Shown here one piece after another: positions 6,137 to 14,921 of a stretch of DNA of 25,656 nt (position 1 is the stretch's first letter; the number at the start of each line of letters is the position of its first letter). The notes under the pieces are model-generated. The model was not told the origin of the DNA and made no database searches. It saw only the letters and a program-made list of their open reading frames with translations. The position numbers and the translations under genes are program-made. This DNA comes from a virus (lineage: Duplodnaviria > Caudoviricetes). The stretch covers positions 1-25,656 of the IMG/VR virus record IMGVR_UViG_3300026125_000022; one strand, given 5' to 3'.

Positions 6137-7462
6137 TTAATTTAGGTCTTCAATCAACAATTCTTCGATGGATTTCTTAGACAGGGCTTTCAACTCAGCC
6201 TTGCTCTCTTTGATAGCTTTCTCAAGTTTGATTAGTCGCTCAAGGGTCAGCGACATGATGCCCATGTTCAACAGGTAGTCGTAGGAGTCATCTTTCTTGA
6301 CCACGCCATCTAGCTTGTCTAGATTAGCCTCAATGTCTGTGCGCTTTCTCTTGTTGACTACTAGCTCATCAGTGACAATAGCCTTTACGAATGTGTATCG
6401 GCTCATATCTAGGGTTATATCAGACTGGAGCATTTCGATCAGGTGTGCTTTCCTTGTGCCCATGTATCGAAGCTTAACCTCAAGGTACGCATCGAATATT
6501 TCCTTAGCACTGTCGAACACTCGAATCTTGTTGTTGTCATCGATTACCGTGTAGTTCTCGGTGATCCTTTTCTGGAGCTTCAGAGTGGAAAGTAGTCCAT
6601 CGTTGTCAAGTGATTTGAGAAGTTTTGATGGTAAGCTTACCTCGAACTTGAACTGGTCGTCTTCAGAGAGGTCACGATACGATGTAATAACTTTCTTGTC
6701 TTCTAGGTCATCTAGTACTTTGAGATAGCCCTTGAGATCATAGCCTACAGGCACTTCAGTGATCAGAACTTTGGTCGAGGACTTACGTTCAACCAAGCCA
6801 GAGATCACCCATTGACTAGATGTTTCGCCTTGCTCAATCGTACCATTGAAGCCATTGTAGTATGGCGTAAATATCTTCTTCAGCGAAGCCGCAGTGGCTT
6901 TACCACCTTCGAGTCGCTGAATCATGTACTTCTTAATCAACTCTGGATTGCGTGGTAGAATCTTTTGAGCAAATCCAGACGATACACCCTCTGAACCATT
7001 AATCAACAGCAACGGTAGCGTAGGAGTGTAGAACATGGGTTCAATCGCTTGACCCTCGAAGTATTGCTGTTTCAGTATCTTCGAGTCTTGCTTTTTGAAT
7101 AGGTCAAAGAATGCATTCGAACCGTAAGAGTAGATGTAACGAGCAGCCGATGCTTCTTGGGCAAATCGAGTACCGAAGTTACCCTTCTTCTGGAGCAATG
7201 GAATGTTGTTAGTGCCAGTGAAGTCTTGCGCTAAGTTGACGACCACACCATCTAGCGAACCGTGAAGATACTCAGCATACTCTGCGACCTTCGAACCAAG
7301 TTGAGATACCTTGACCTTCTCTTTGATGTTCTTCTCTAGGACAGTGTAGAGGATTTTACGGGACGCATTCTTCTGACCATCCACGAGAGAGGCAATCTTT
7401 CGAAGGTTGTCATACGAAGCTTGGTCAACGTAGTCATTATTAAAAAATTCACTTATCTTCAT
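6137..7462 (-). CDS. 52: DNA topoisomerase II medium subunit (gp52)
   Basis: DGQK...RKILY, YLHG, GNFGTRF, catalytic AARYI, LLING.EGV.SGFA, ITEVPVG. Confidence 0.95.
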   Translation of the reverse strand: MKISEFFNNDYVDQASYDNLRKIASLVDGQKNASRKILYTVLEKNIKEKVKVSQLGSKVAEYAEYLHGSLDGVVVNLAQDFTGTNNIPLLQKKGNFGTRFAQEASAARYIYSYGSNAFFDLFKKQDSKILKQQYFEGQAIEPMFYTPTLPLLLINGSEGVSSGFAQKILPRNPELIKKYMIQRLEGGKATAASLKKIFTPYYNGFNGTIEQGETSSQWVISGLVERKSSTKVLITEVPVGYDLKGYLKVLDDLEDKKVITSYRDLSEDDQFKFEVSLPSKLLKSLDNDGLLSTLKLQKRITENYTVIDDNNKIRVFDSAKEIFDAYLEVKLRYMGTRKAHLIEMLQSDITLDMSRYTFVKAIVTDELVVNKRKRTDIEANLDKLDGVVKKDDSYDYLLNMGIMSLTLERLIKLEKAIKESKAELKALSKKSIEELLIEDLN

Positions 7463-7472
7463 TCACATCAGC

Positions 7473-9272
7473 CTATAGTTTAGCGATATTAAAATCGTTG
7501 TTCAAGATGTACTTCTTACGTGGTTCAGAATCAGCACCCAGCCATTCGTCAATCACAGTGTCATCATCGAACTCTAGGATATCAATCATCTTATCTAGTC
7601 CATCTTTCTGCACCACTTGGATCAAATCTTCTTGGTCCCATGAACCCAGACCCTTGTAGTAGTTAGATGATTGCCCTGCTTTCAATTCAATATTATACGA
7701 TAGATTGTAGAACCAGTCAACCAGTTTATTGTTTTTTGTGATACCGATAACGGGAGTCTGAAGCATACCAATTCGACCCTTCAACTCAGGCAGGTACTTG
7801 ACAAAGAATCCAGTCAGCAAGCCTCGAATGTGATACCCGTCCAAGTCTTGGTCCGTTGCGTAGACTACGTATTCATAGTCCTCATTCTGGATAATCTTGT
7901 ACAGTTCTGACAACTCTTTGTTGGCTGTAAACTTCGCTTGAGGGCTACTGTAAGCATTCAGAGGCTTACCTTTCAGCGTGTAGTACCCACACTCTTTACG
8001 ACCAAGAACAGGTGACAGACCGCCAAGGGCAGATTCACCCTCGACCAGTAGCAAGTATTTCTTCTCACCAATAGACGGCAGATACTTATCAGACTTGATT
8101 TTCTTGACAGTCTTAGACAAGCCTTTTAGCTCTTGGCGTTTCTTGAACTCTTCTTTGATACGATACACTTCGGTGATAGGATCGATGATTCCCTTGTTCT
8201 TATAGATTTTGTTTATAAGGGTATCGTATGGAACATCTCCAAGATAATCGTTAATCTCAGCAGTGCTATTGGTGATCTTCTCCTTAGATTGTGAGTTGAA
8301 CTTGGTGTTCTTCAAGTTCTTCATAAACATGACTACCATCAGCTTGTTCTTGATATCTCCAGGCTTGATAGTCTTGTACTTACGCATCAGCTTTTCACGT
8401 AGACCCGAGACAATCTTAGTTGAGATAACGTCAATGTGCGTACCACCATCAGGTATCTTCAGACCGTTTACATAGCTGAATTGACGGAAGTCGTCTTCTT
8501 CGTTTGGTAGAACAGCAAAACGATAGTCTTCAGTCTCATAGATTTCCGAGACTTCGCTGAACATAGCCACATACTTTTTGAAGGAACTCACGTTGACTTT
8601 CTTGCCATTGAACCTGAATGTGATATCGGGGTACGACATAGACAGGTTAATCAATCGCTGGTAGATAACGTTCATATGGACTTCATCAATTTCTGTCAGC
8701 CCGAACTTCTCTAGATCAGGATAGAATTTGACATGCACACCTGAGGTTCCCTTCGAGGCTGTAGTAGACTCAGTAAACGACTCTGCATTGTTCTTGAAGG
8801 TAATCGTTTGGAGTTTCTTGCCATCATCAGTCTTGCCGATGAACTTCTTAGAGAAACAGTTAGTAGCGAATGAGCCAACGCCATTCATACCAATCTGTGT
8901 ACGGTTATCATCATCATCAAAGTTCGAACCCGCACGGGCGTGACCCCAAGCAAGTTCTGCTAGTGTCTGACCATCAGAGTTTTTAGAGACAGGTATACCA
9001 GTGCCATTATCTTGCACTTCGACCGTATTGGCTGTCATCTTAACTGAAATAGTATCACTGGACTTGAAGTTGGATTTGATTGCAACGTCTACCGAGTTAT
9101 CGATAATCTCATTGATAATCTTGATTAGACCAGGAACATATTCAATCTCTTTGTACTGGATCTTGCCATCGGCAAAGATGTACTCCGACGACTTGGTTAA
9201 GTCAACCGCACCAATGTACATCGATGGTCGTTGGATGATATGTTCTCGTTCACTTAGTTTTTTGATACCCAT
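7473..9272 (-). CDS. 39: DNA topoisomerase II large subunit (gp39 and gp60 fused)
   Basis: EHI..RP.MYIG, EIIDNSVD, DNG.GIP, G.NGVG (GHKL); EGESA, LKGK.LN, TDQDLDG.HI (TOPRIM); YYKGLGS. Confidence 0.96.
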   Translation of the reverse strand: MGIKKLSEREHIIQRPSMYIGAVDLTKSSEYIFADGKIQYKEIEYVPGLIKIINEIIDNSVDVAIKSNFKSSDTISVKMTANTVEVQDNGTGIPVSKNSDGQTLAELAWGHARAGSNFDDDDNRTQIGMNGVGSFATNCFSKKFIGKTDDGKKLQTITFKNNAESFTESTTASKGTSGVHVKFYPDLEKFGLTEIDEVHMNVIYQRLINLSMSYPDITFRFNGKKVNVSSFKKYVAMFSEVSEIYETEDYRFAVLPNEEDDFRQFSYVNGLKIPDGGTHIDVISTKIVSGLREKLMRKYKTIKPGDIKNKLMVVMFMKNLKNTKFNSQSKEKITNSTAEINDYLGDVPYDTLINKIYKNKGIIDPITEVYRIKEEFKKRQELKGLSKTVKKIKSDKYLPSIGEKKYLLLVEGESALGGLSPVLGRKECGYYTLKGKPLNAYSSPQAKFTANKELSELYKIIQNEDYEYVVYATDQDLDGYHIRGLLTGFFVKYLPELKGRIGMLQTPVIGITKNNKLVDWFYNLSYNIELKAGQSSNYYKGLGSWDQEDLIQVVQKDGLDKMIDILEFDDDTVIDEWLGADSEPRKKYILNNDFNIAKL

Positions 9273-9296
9273 AGTATATCTCTCAGTGTGTAACCA

Positions 9297-9713
9297 TTAG
9301 AAGGTTACGTTTAAATCCCAGAAGCACTCAAGCGCCAAACCCTTTTCGAGACGGTATGCTTCTTTTTCCCAAGGAGCATCTTCGTAACTCGTGTTGCTGT
9401 GGTCTTTCTTCTTCCACATAGTCTTGCCGTTCACATTGCGCAGTTCATTACGTGCATACTGCTTGACGTGTATCATCTCATGGACTAAGGTAGAAATCAA
9501 GTCTTTTACAGACATACCTTTTCGTATAGACAATGTGAACTCTCGGTTGGTGTCTTCTTCCATACAGTAGCCGTATGCATCAATCTTTTCGAATGAGATG
9601 GCTATTTCGAGAGTACGCATACGTGGCATCAATCGCTTGATTGCCCAGTTGACAACTTCAACCGCAACTTCACGCTCTTTCTTACGACCACCTACTGCAT
9701 AAACCTGATTCAT
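9297..9713 (-). CDS. putative zinc metallopeptidase (HExxH)
   Basis: TLVHEMIHVKQ and PWEKEA motifs; likely start MNQVY downstream of the promoter. Confidence 0.75.
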   Translation of the reverse strand: MNQVYAVGGRKKEREVAVEVVNWAIKRLMPRMRTLEIAISFEKIDAYGYCMEEDTNREFTLSIRKGMSVKDLISTLVHEMIHVKQYARNELRNVNGKTMWKKKDHSNTSYEDAPWEKEAYRLEKGLALECFWDLNVTF

Positions 9714-9743
9714 AGAGTCACCTTTCATCTCAAATACAGTGCT

Positions 9744-9771
9744 ATTGTACATGGATTAGAGGCAATGTCAA
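9744..9771 (-). promoter_or_regulatory. sigma70-like promoter
   Basis: TTGACA-16 nt (ending TCCATG)-TACAAT with an upstream A-tract. Confidence 0.7.
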
Positions 9772-9786
9772 GCGTTTTTTTAAAAT

Positions 9787-10209
9787 TTATTTTTCTTTTG
9801 TAATCAACGACTTAACGTGACTTCTGTGAATCTTACAGTTTATGATCCCGTTATAATACTCATCAGATAAGAGGACTTCCCTGTCAAACTGTTCCTTTGC
9901 CTCGAGATAAGACATTTCTCCCTTACTATTGCACAAGTGCAATATTTCTCTTCTAAAAGAGTCTCTTCCGTTAGACTCAACTAAAGACTTGACCTCATCA
10001 CTAGAACCAAAGTAATCTTTCCAGTCAGACTCTTTAATGACGGTCCTCTTGCGAGTTTTACCCTTTAGGGGAGGTAGCTTTCGCTTAGATACGAATAGCT
10101 TTTTACCAACATACTTCTTGCCGTTGGTTAGATCGGTGATCAGATAAACGAACCCGACATAATCTTCAATCATCTCAGAGGTGAATTCTTCACCTTCATA
10201 ATACCACAT
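9787..10209 (-). CDS. free-standing GIY-YIG (Seg-like) endonuclease-family protein
   Basis: GFVYLIT...KKYVGKK, YFGSS, F.REIL, YLE, YYN motifs; GGAG RBS before MWYY at 10209. Confidence 0.8.
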   Translation of the reverse strand: MWYYEGEEFTSEMIEDYVGFVYLITDLTNGKKYVGKKLFVSKRKLPPLKGKTRKRTVIKESDWKDYFGSSDEVKSLVESNGRDSFRREILHLCNSKGEMSYLEAKEQFDREVLLSDEYYNGIINCKIHRSHVKSLITKEK

Positions 10210-10212
10210 TAA

Positions 10213-10260
10213 ACACTCCAATTCCATAATTACCTATGATATTTAGTAGAACTGGAGTGT
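10213..10260 (-). promoter_or_regulatory. RBS-sequestering hairpin with a late-promoter-like element in its loop
   Basis: ACACUCCAGUUC pairs with GAAUUGGAGUGU (12 bp, one G-U). The loop contains ACTAAATA (10240-10247). The 3' arm contains the GGAG. Confidence 0.75.
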
Positions 10261-10265
10261 ATTGG

Positions 10266-10427
10266 CTAGGGTACCCTAACCTGATGAAGTGCTAGCATAA
10301 GTTCACTCTGTCTCACCCATTCTTGCACGGTCTTATTGTCTTTGTACATGGGATTGTTTTTGTAATTTTCTATCACACGTTCACATGTATCTGGCAATTT
10401 ACCGTGAGGGGTTAACATATCTTTCAT
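10266..10427 (-). CDS. small hypothetical protein (53 aa)
   Basis: Hand translation MKDMLTPHGKLPDTCERVIENY...; ATGA overlap with the upstream ORF. Confidence 0.55.
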   Translation of the reverse strand: MKDMLTPHGKLPDTCERVIENYKNNPMYKDNKTVQEWVRQSELMLALHQVRVP

Positions 10428-10594
10428 AAGCCTATCAGCCTCCAACCATGAGTCGCTATTGCGTTTAATACTATTACTATACCTACGAGAACTTCGAATA
10501 ATACTAAAGCAGAACGGACAAGTGCTACCCTGTCCGCTCTATCTTTGTCATCGAAAGCCTTCGCTCCTAATGCTTTTGCCCATATCGACCACAT
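10424..10594 (-). CDS. small membrane protein (56 aa)
   Basis: MWSIWAKALGAKAFDDKDRADRVALVRS + TM helix; the WAKALG.K...AD..A..R pattern is familiar from marine T4-like phages. Confidence 0.7.
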   Translation of the reverse strand: MWSIWAKALGAKAFDDKDRADRVALVRSALVLFEVLVGIVIVLNAIATHGWRLIGL

Positions 10595-10601
10595 TGTGGT
10601 C

Positions 10602-10760
10602 TTATTCTTCGAAGTCTAGTTCTTCGTACTCATCTTCATCCTCATCTGGAATCATTTCTCCACATGAGGGGCAGTAGATAAGTTCATCGTCTTCCTTTTC
10701 GAATTCGATGGTGTATTCTGTTCCGCAGTATGCGCAACTTACGTTTTCGTGTATATTCAT
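10602..10760 (-). CDS. zinc-ribbon protein with acidic tail
   Basis: CAYC...CPSC; ATGA overlap with cd. Confidence 0.75.
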   Translation of the reverse strand: MNIHENVSCAYCGTEYTIEFEKEDDELIYCPSCGEMIPDEDEDEYEELDFEE

Positions 10761-11170
10761 CCTTTGTGAACCCTTACTCCGCATTTTTCCAAAAATTCCA
10801 CACCAGCGTGTGACCTATAATCGTTTCTATATATCACTTTTGTAATCCCGCTTGCGTAGATGCTCTTTGCACATTCTATGCAAGGCGAGTGTGTGATATA
10901 CATAGCAGAGTCTTTTCCACTCTCGTTTGATTGTGCCAGTTTTGCGATGGCATTCGCTTCAGCATGAATCACTTCTGGCTTAGTCATAAGAGTAGAGTCT
11001 ACGTAAGTTTCACACTCGTTAGTCCAACCAGAAGGCATACCATTATAACCGATAGATATAATGCGATTATCTTTCACAACAATCGCTCCCACCTGTAGCT
11101 TCTTGGCAGTGGACAGAGAAGCGAACCTCTCTGCCGTGTCCAAGTAAGCCTCTTCCCATTTATCAGACAA
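10757..11170 (-). CDS. cd: dCMP deaminase
   Basis: VGAIVV, GYNG.P.G, HAEANAI, SPCIEC. A TTG start at 11170 after AAGGAG is likely; the ORF track extends to 11197. Confidence 0.9.
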   Translation of the reverse strand: MSDKWEEAYLDTAERFASLSTAKKLQVGAIVVKDNRIISIGYNGMPSGWTNECETYVDSTLMTKPEVIHAEANAIAKLAQSNESGKDSAMYITHSPCIECAKSIYASGITKVIYRNDYRSHAGVEFLEKCGVRVHKG

Positions 11171-11381
11171 GGGCTGCGAACTCCTTAAAGCCTCCAATGG
11201 CTTGTCCGTCTACCTTAATCTGTGGAAAAGTTCGTGCACCTGGGAAGTTCTCAAATAGTTCTTCACGGGTGAAGTCTTTATCGATAAGTTTATATTCATA
11301 TGTAAGACCCTTGGCTTTAGCTAGGTCTTTTGCTTGCGAACAATGTGGGCAACTATCTTTGCCCCAAATCTCAATCATCAT
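11163..11381 (-). CDS. nrdC: glutaredoxin (NrdC-like)
   Basis: CPHC, TFPQI, IGGF; directly after nrdB. Confidence 0.92.
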   Translation of the reverse strand: MMIEIWGKDSCPHCSQAKDLAKAKGLTYEYKLIDKDFTREELFENFPGARTFPQIKVDGQAIGGFKEFAALV

Positions 11382-12523
11382 AGTGAAAATCCTTTAAAGG
11401 TGTCAGTTGAAATATCTTGTTTAGTACCACCGCTTACGTAGCTAGTGATTTCTGTTTCTTGTGGCGCAACTTGTACGTCTGCTCCACTGATCCACTTATT
11501 GGTCCATGGTAGAGGGTTAGTCTTCACATCGTATGGCGAATCTAGGTTAACATTCTTCATTCTGCGAGTACAGATATATTCAATGTAACCAGATAGCAAT
11601 TCAGTGTTTAGACCAATCATCGAACCATCTTTGAACAGGTATTTAGCCCATGCTTTCTCCTGATCTACTGCATCAACAAACATTTTGGTACACAGTTCTT
11701 TAGTCTCTTCTGCAATCTTCTCAAAGATAGGGTCATCTTTCTTGAGTGTACGTAGCATAAGTTGAGTAGAGCCTAGGTGCAAGTTCTCATCACGTGCAAT
11801 TAGCTTGATGATCTTAGCATTACCTTCCATTTTCTTCAACTCTGCAAATGCCCACGAACATGCAAAAGAAACGTAGAAGCGCACACCTTCTAGAATGTTA
11901 ACACTCATTAGGGTTAGCCACAACAACTTTTTCAATTCATACAGAGAAATTGTCTTAGTTTTTGGGTAATCACCACCATCAGTAATAATAGTATGAGTAC
12001 CTTCACCAAGAAGATTGTAATACATGCTCATCTCAATCAATTCATCGTAGTACTTTGAGATATCACCGGCACAGTCAACAATCTCTTTAATTTCTAGCAT
12101 CTCATCAAAAATCTTCGATGGATTGGAGTAGACGTTACGGATAATATGAGTGTACGAACGGCTGTGAATAGTCTCAGAGAAGGTCCACGTTTGAATCCAG
12201 TTCTCAATTTCAGGCAGCGATACAATAGGAGCAAATGCCTCTACTGGCGCACGTCCCTGCACAGAGTCAAGTAGAATCTGTCGCTTCAAGTTTGACGTGA
12301 AAATATGCTGTTCGTGTTCTGTCAAGCCTTTGAAGTCTTTCGCATCTTGGTAGATATCCACTTCTTCAGGTCGCCAAAAGAACCCGAGTTGCTTGTCAGT
12401 CAGCTTATCAAACGTCTTATACTTGAGGGTGTCATAACGTTGAATCGTCGGACCACCTGAAGGATCCAAGAACATCGTTACCTTAGTGTGGTCTGATTTG
12501 TTAGTCGTGTCGAATACACTCAT
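11378..12523 (-). CDS. nrdB: ribonucleotide reductase class Ia beta subunit
   Basis: FFWRPEEV, DSVQ, ETIHSRSY, EGVRFYVSF, DENLH, VAPQETEI.SY. Confidence 0.97.
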   Translation of the reverse strand: MSVFDTTNKSDHTKVTMFLDPSGGPTIQRYDTLKYKTFDKLTDKQLGFFWRPEEVDIYQDAKDFKGLTEHEQHIFTSNLKRQILLDSVQGRAPVEAFAPIVSLPEIENWIQTWTFSETIHSRSYTHIIRNVYSNPSKIFDEMLEIKEIVDCAGDISKYYDELIEMSMYYNLLGEGTHTIITDGGDYPKTKTISLYELKKLLWLTLMSVNILEGVRFYVSFACSWAFAELKKMEGNAKIIKLIARDENLHLGSTQLMLRTLKKDDPIFEKIAEETKELCTKMFVDAVDQEKAWAKYLFKDGSMIGLNTELLSGYIEYICTRRMKNVNLDSPYDVKTNPLPWTNKWISGADVQVAPQETEITSYVSGGTKQDISTDTFKGFSL

Positions 12524-12544
12524 TATAGTCCTCTTATATTATGG

Positions 12545-12586
12545 TGACAACTCAGTAAAGATATCACACAATTACTGAGTTGTCAA
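12545..12586 (-). promoter_or_regulatory. perfect 14-bp inverted repeat overlapping a sigma70-like promoter between nrdA and nrdB
   Basis: TGACAACTCAGTAA (12545-12558) / TTACTGAGTTGTCA (12572-12585); minus-strand TTGACA-17-TATCTT. Confidence 0.7.
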
Positions 12587-12596
12587 TGATTAAGTA

Positions 12597-14903
12597 TTAG
12601 ATTTTGCAACTTTCGCAGTCGTCATCATCCACTTCTGATTGAGCTAGAGGCTCTTCACTCATCTTGTCAATGTCAATTTCGCCTTGACCGTCATGAGTGT
12701 TGAAGTAGTAAAGTTGCTTACCGCCATACTTGTAGAACATTAGCATATGTTGCAACATCACGCTCATAGGAATCTTTTCATCTTCGTAGTAAGCTGGATT
12801 GTAGCTAGTGTTGACACTAATGCCTTGATCAATGTACTTTTGCAGTACTGCCATAATCTTCAAATAGCCTTCTGGTGACTTGTGGTCCCAGAGTAAGTCG
12901 TACTTGTTCTTGAGTCGCTTAAACTCTGGAACAACTTGCTTCAGTACACCATGCTTAGATTGCTTAACACTGATAAGCGAACGTGGTGGTTCGATACCGT
13001 TTGTTGCATTAGCAATCTGGGCGCTTGTCTCTGCTGGCATTAGAGCCATTAGAGTAGAGTTACGGATACCAGTATCTTTCAACTGTTCACGTAGACCTGC
13101 CCAATCCATACGTTCCTTGTGATCAATTAGTTCATCAAGGTCTTTCTTGTATGTTTGGTTTGGCGTGATACCGTGACCGTATTTAGTTTCCATCAATCCT
13201 GGGATTGCACCTTGTTCAGCCGCTAGATCAGCAGACGCTTTAATCAAGTAGTAAGACCAAGCTTCTGCATACTCATCAATAAGTTCTAGTCCAGCTTTGT
13301 CAATGTTCTGGTAGTTCAAGTCATGTTTAGCCAACCAGTAAGCAAAGTTGATGATACCTACACCGATTGGACGGCGCTTCTCAGTGCTTAGTTGAGCCGC
13401 AAGAATGGGGTAGTTCTGGTAAGACAATAGTGCATCTAGACCACGAACTGCTAGGCGACATACACGCTCAAAGTCTGAAACGCTCTTGATGTTACCCCAG
13501 TTAATAGCAGACAACGTACATAGCGAGATTTCACCTTCTGGATCATTCACATCATTCAATGGCTTAGTTGGCAAATCAATCTCAGCACATAGGTTAGACT
13601 GGCGAATAGGAGCAAGATCAGGCAAGAATGAACCATGATCGTTTGCGTTATCAACGTTCTGTAGGTAGATACGACCAGTGTTCTTACGCTCTTCCATGAA
13701 CATAGAGAATAGTTCGCTAGCCTTAACGACTTTCTTACGTAGGCGAGTGTTACGCTCTGCTCTTTCGTATAGCTCACGGAACTTATCTTGGTCAGCAAAG
13801 AATGCATCGTACAAGCCAGGAACGTCAGATGGTGAGAATAGAGTAATATCACCACCAGTGATTAGACGCTCATACATTAGCTTGTTGAACTGTACACCGT
13901 AGTCCATGTGACGCACACGGTTCTCTTCTGTACCCTTGTTGTTCTTCAACACAAGCATATCTTCGACTTCTAGGTGCCAGATAGGGTAGTAGATAGTAGC
14001 CGCACCACCACGCACACCGCCTTGTGAGCAAGACTTAGTAGCCGCTTGAAACATCTTGTAGAACGGAATCACACCGGTATGGAACGCATCACCCTTACGA
14101 ATAGGTGAACCAATTGCACGAATGCTACCTGCACCAATACCGATACCTGCTTTCTGACTTACATACTTAACAATAGAACTACTTGTAGCGTTAATACTAT
14201 CCAGACTATCGCCAGACTCAATAAGAACACAGGAGCTGAATTGTCGTTGCGGAGTCCTAACTCCAGCCATAACAGGAGTAGGAAGAGATATATCGTGAAG
14301 GCTAATAGCATCGTAATACTCCTTGACATATTGCAAGCGAGTCTCGGCTGGGTAATCAGCGAATAGAGTAGCCGCAATCAAAATATAACACATTTGTGGA
14401 GTCTCGAAGATTTCTCCAGTCACACGGTTCTGAGCTAGGTACTTACCACGCAATTGCTCCATAGCAACGTAGGTTAGTTGCTCATCACGGTCGTGTTTAA
14501 CAAACGAATCGATTTTCGCCCACTCTTCGTCTGTGTATTTCGTTACCAACTCAGCATCGTAGAAGCCACTTTCAGTGTTCTTCTCTACAAGGGCTTTCAC
14601 TGTGCAAGGTTCATATTGACCGTACACTTCTTTACGCAATGCGTAGTTGATCAAACGACCACCAACGAACTGATAGTTAGGAGTTTCCTCTGTGATCAGG
14701 TCAGACGTAGCTTTGATTAGAGTTTCTTGGATTTCTTTTGTACTCATTCCATTGTAAAATTGAATCTGACTTTTGATTTCAACTTCACTTGGACTTACAC
14801 CCGTGATACCTTCACAGGCAAAGAAAACTACACGATGTAGCTTTTCAATGTCTAGATGCTCTTTTGAGCCATCCCGTTTAGTTACTTGTATTGCTTGAAT
14901 CAT
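12597..14903 (-). CDS. nrdA: ribonucleotide reductase class Ia alpha subunit
   Basis: ATP cone VTKRDG, FSSC, QGGVR.G, SNLCAEI, LCTL, LYY, C-terminal CESC. Confidence 0.98.
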   Translation of the reverse strand: MIQAIQVTKRDGSKEHLDIEKLHRVVFFACEGITGVSPSEVEIKSQIQFYNGMSTKEIQETLIKATSDLITEETPNYQFVGGRLINYALRKEVYGQYEPCTVKALVEKNTESGFYDAELVTKYTDEEWAKIDSFVKHDRDEQLTYVAMEQLRGKYLAQNRVTGEIFETPQMCYILIAATLFADYPAETRLQYVKEYYDAISLHDISLPTPVMAGVRTPQRQFSSCVLIESGDSLDSINATSSSIVKYVSQKAGIGIGAGSIRAIGSPIRKGDAFHTGVIPFYKMFQAATKSCSQGGVRGGAATIYYPIWHLEVEDMLVLKNNKGTEENRVRHMDYGVQFNKLMYERLITGGDITLFSPSDVPGLYDAFFADQDKFRELYERAERNTRLRKKVVKASELFSMFMEERKNTGRIYLQNVDNANDHGSFLPDLAPIRQSNLCAEIDLPTKPLNDVNDPEGEISLCTLSAINWGNIKSVSDFERVCRLAVRGLDALLSYQNYPILAAQLSTEKRRPIGVGIINFAYWLAKHDLNYQNIDKAGLELIDEYAEAWSYYLIKASADLAAEQGAIPGLMETKYGHGITPNQTYKKDLDELIDHKERMDWAGLREQLKDTGIRNSTLMALMPAETSAQIANATNGIEPPRSLISVKQSKHGVLKQVVPEFKRLKNKYDLLWDHKSPEGYLKIMAVLQKYIDQGISVNTSYNPAYYEDEKIPMSVMLQHMLMFYKYGGKQLYYFNTHDGQGEIDIDKMSEEPLAQSEVDDDDCESCKI

Positions 14904-14921
14904 ATTTTATTCCTATCAGTC

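Noticed and set aside
7473-9272. T4 gene 60-style translational bypass or split gene 39/60
   Set aside because: A single continuous frame covers both the ATPase and TOPRIM motifs.
10267-10278. 12-bp palindrome TAGGGTACCCTA
   Set aside because: Single occurrence at an ORF end with no loop or U-tract; compatible with chance.
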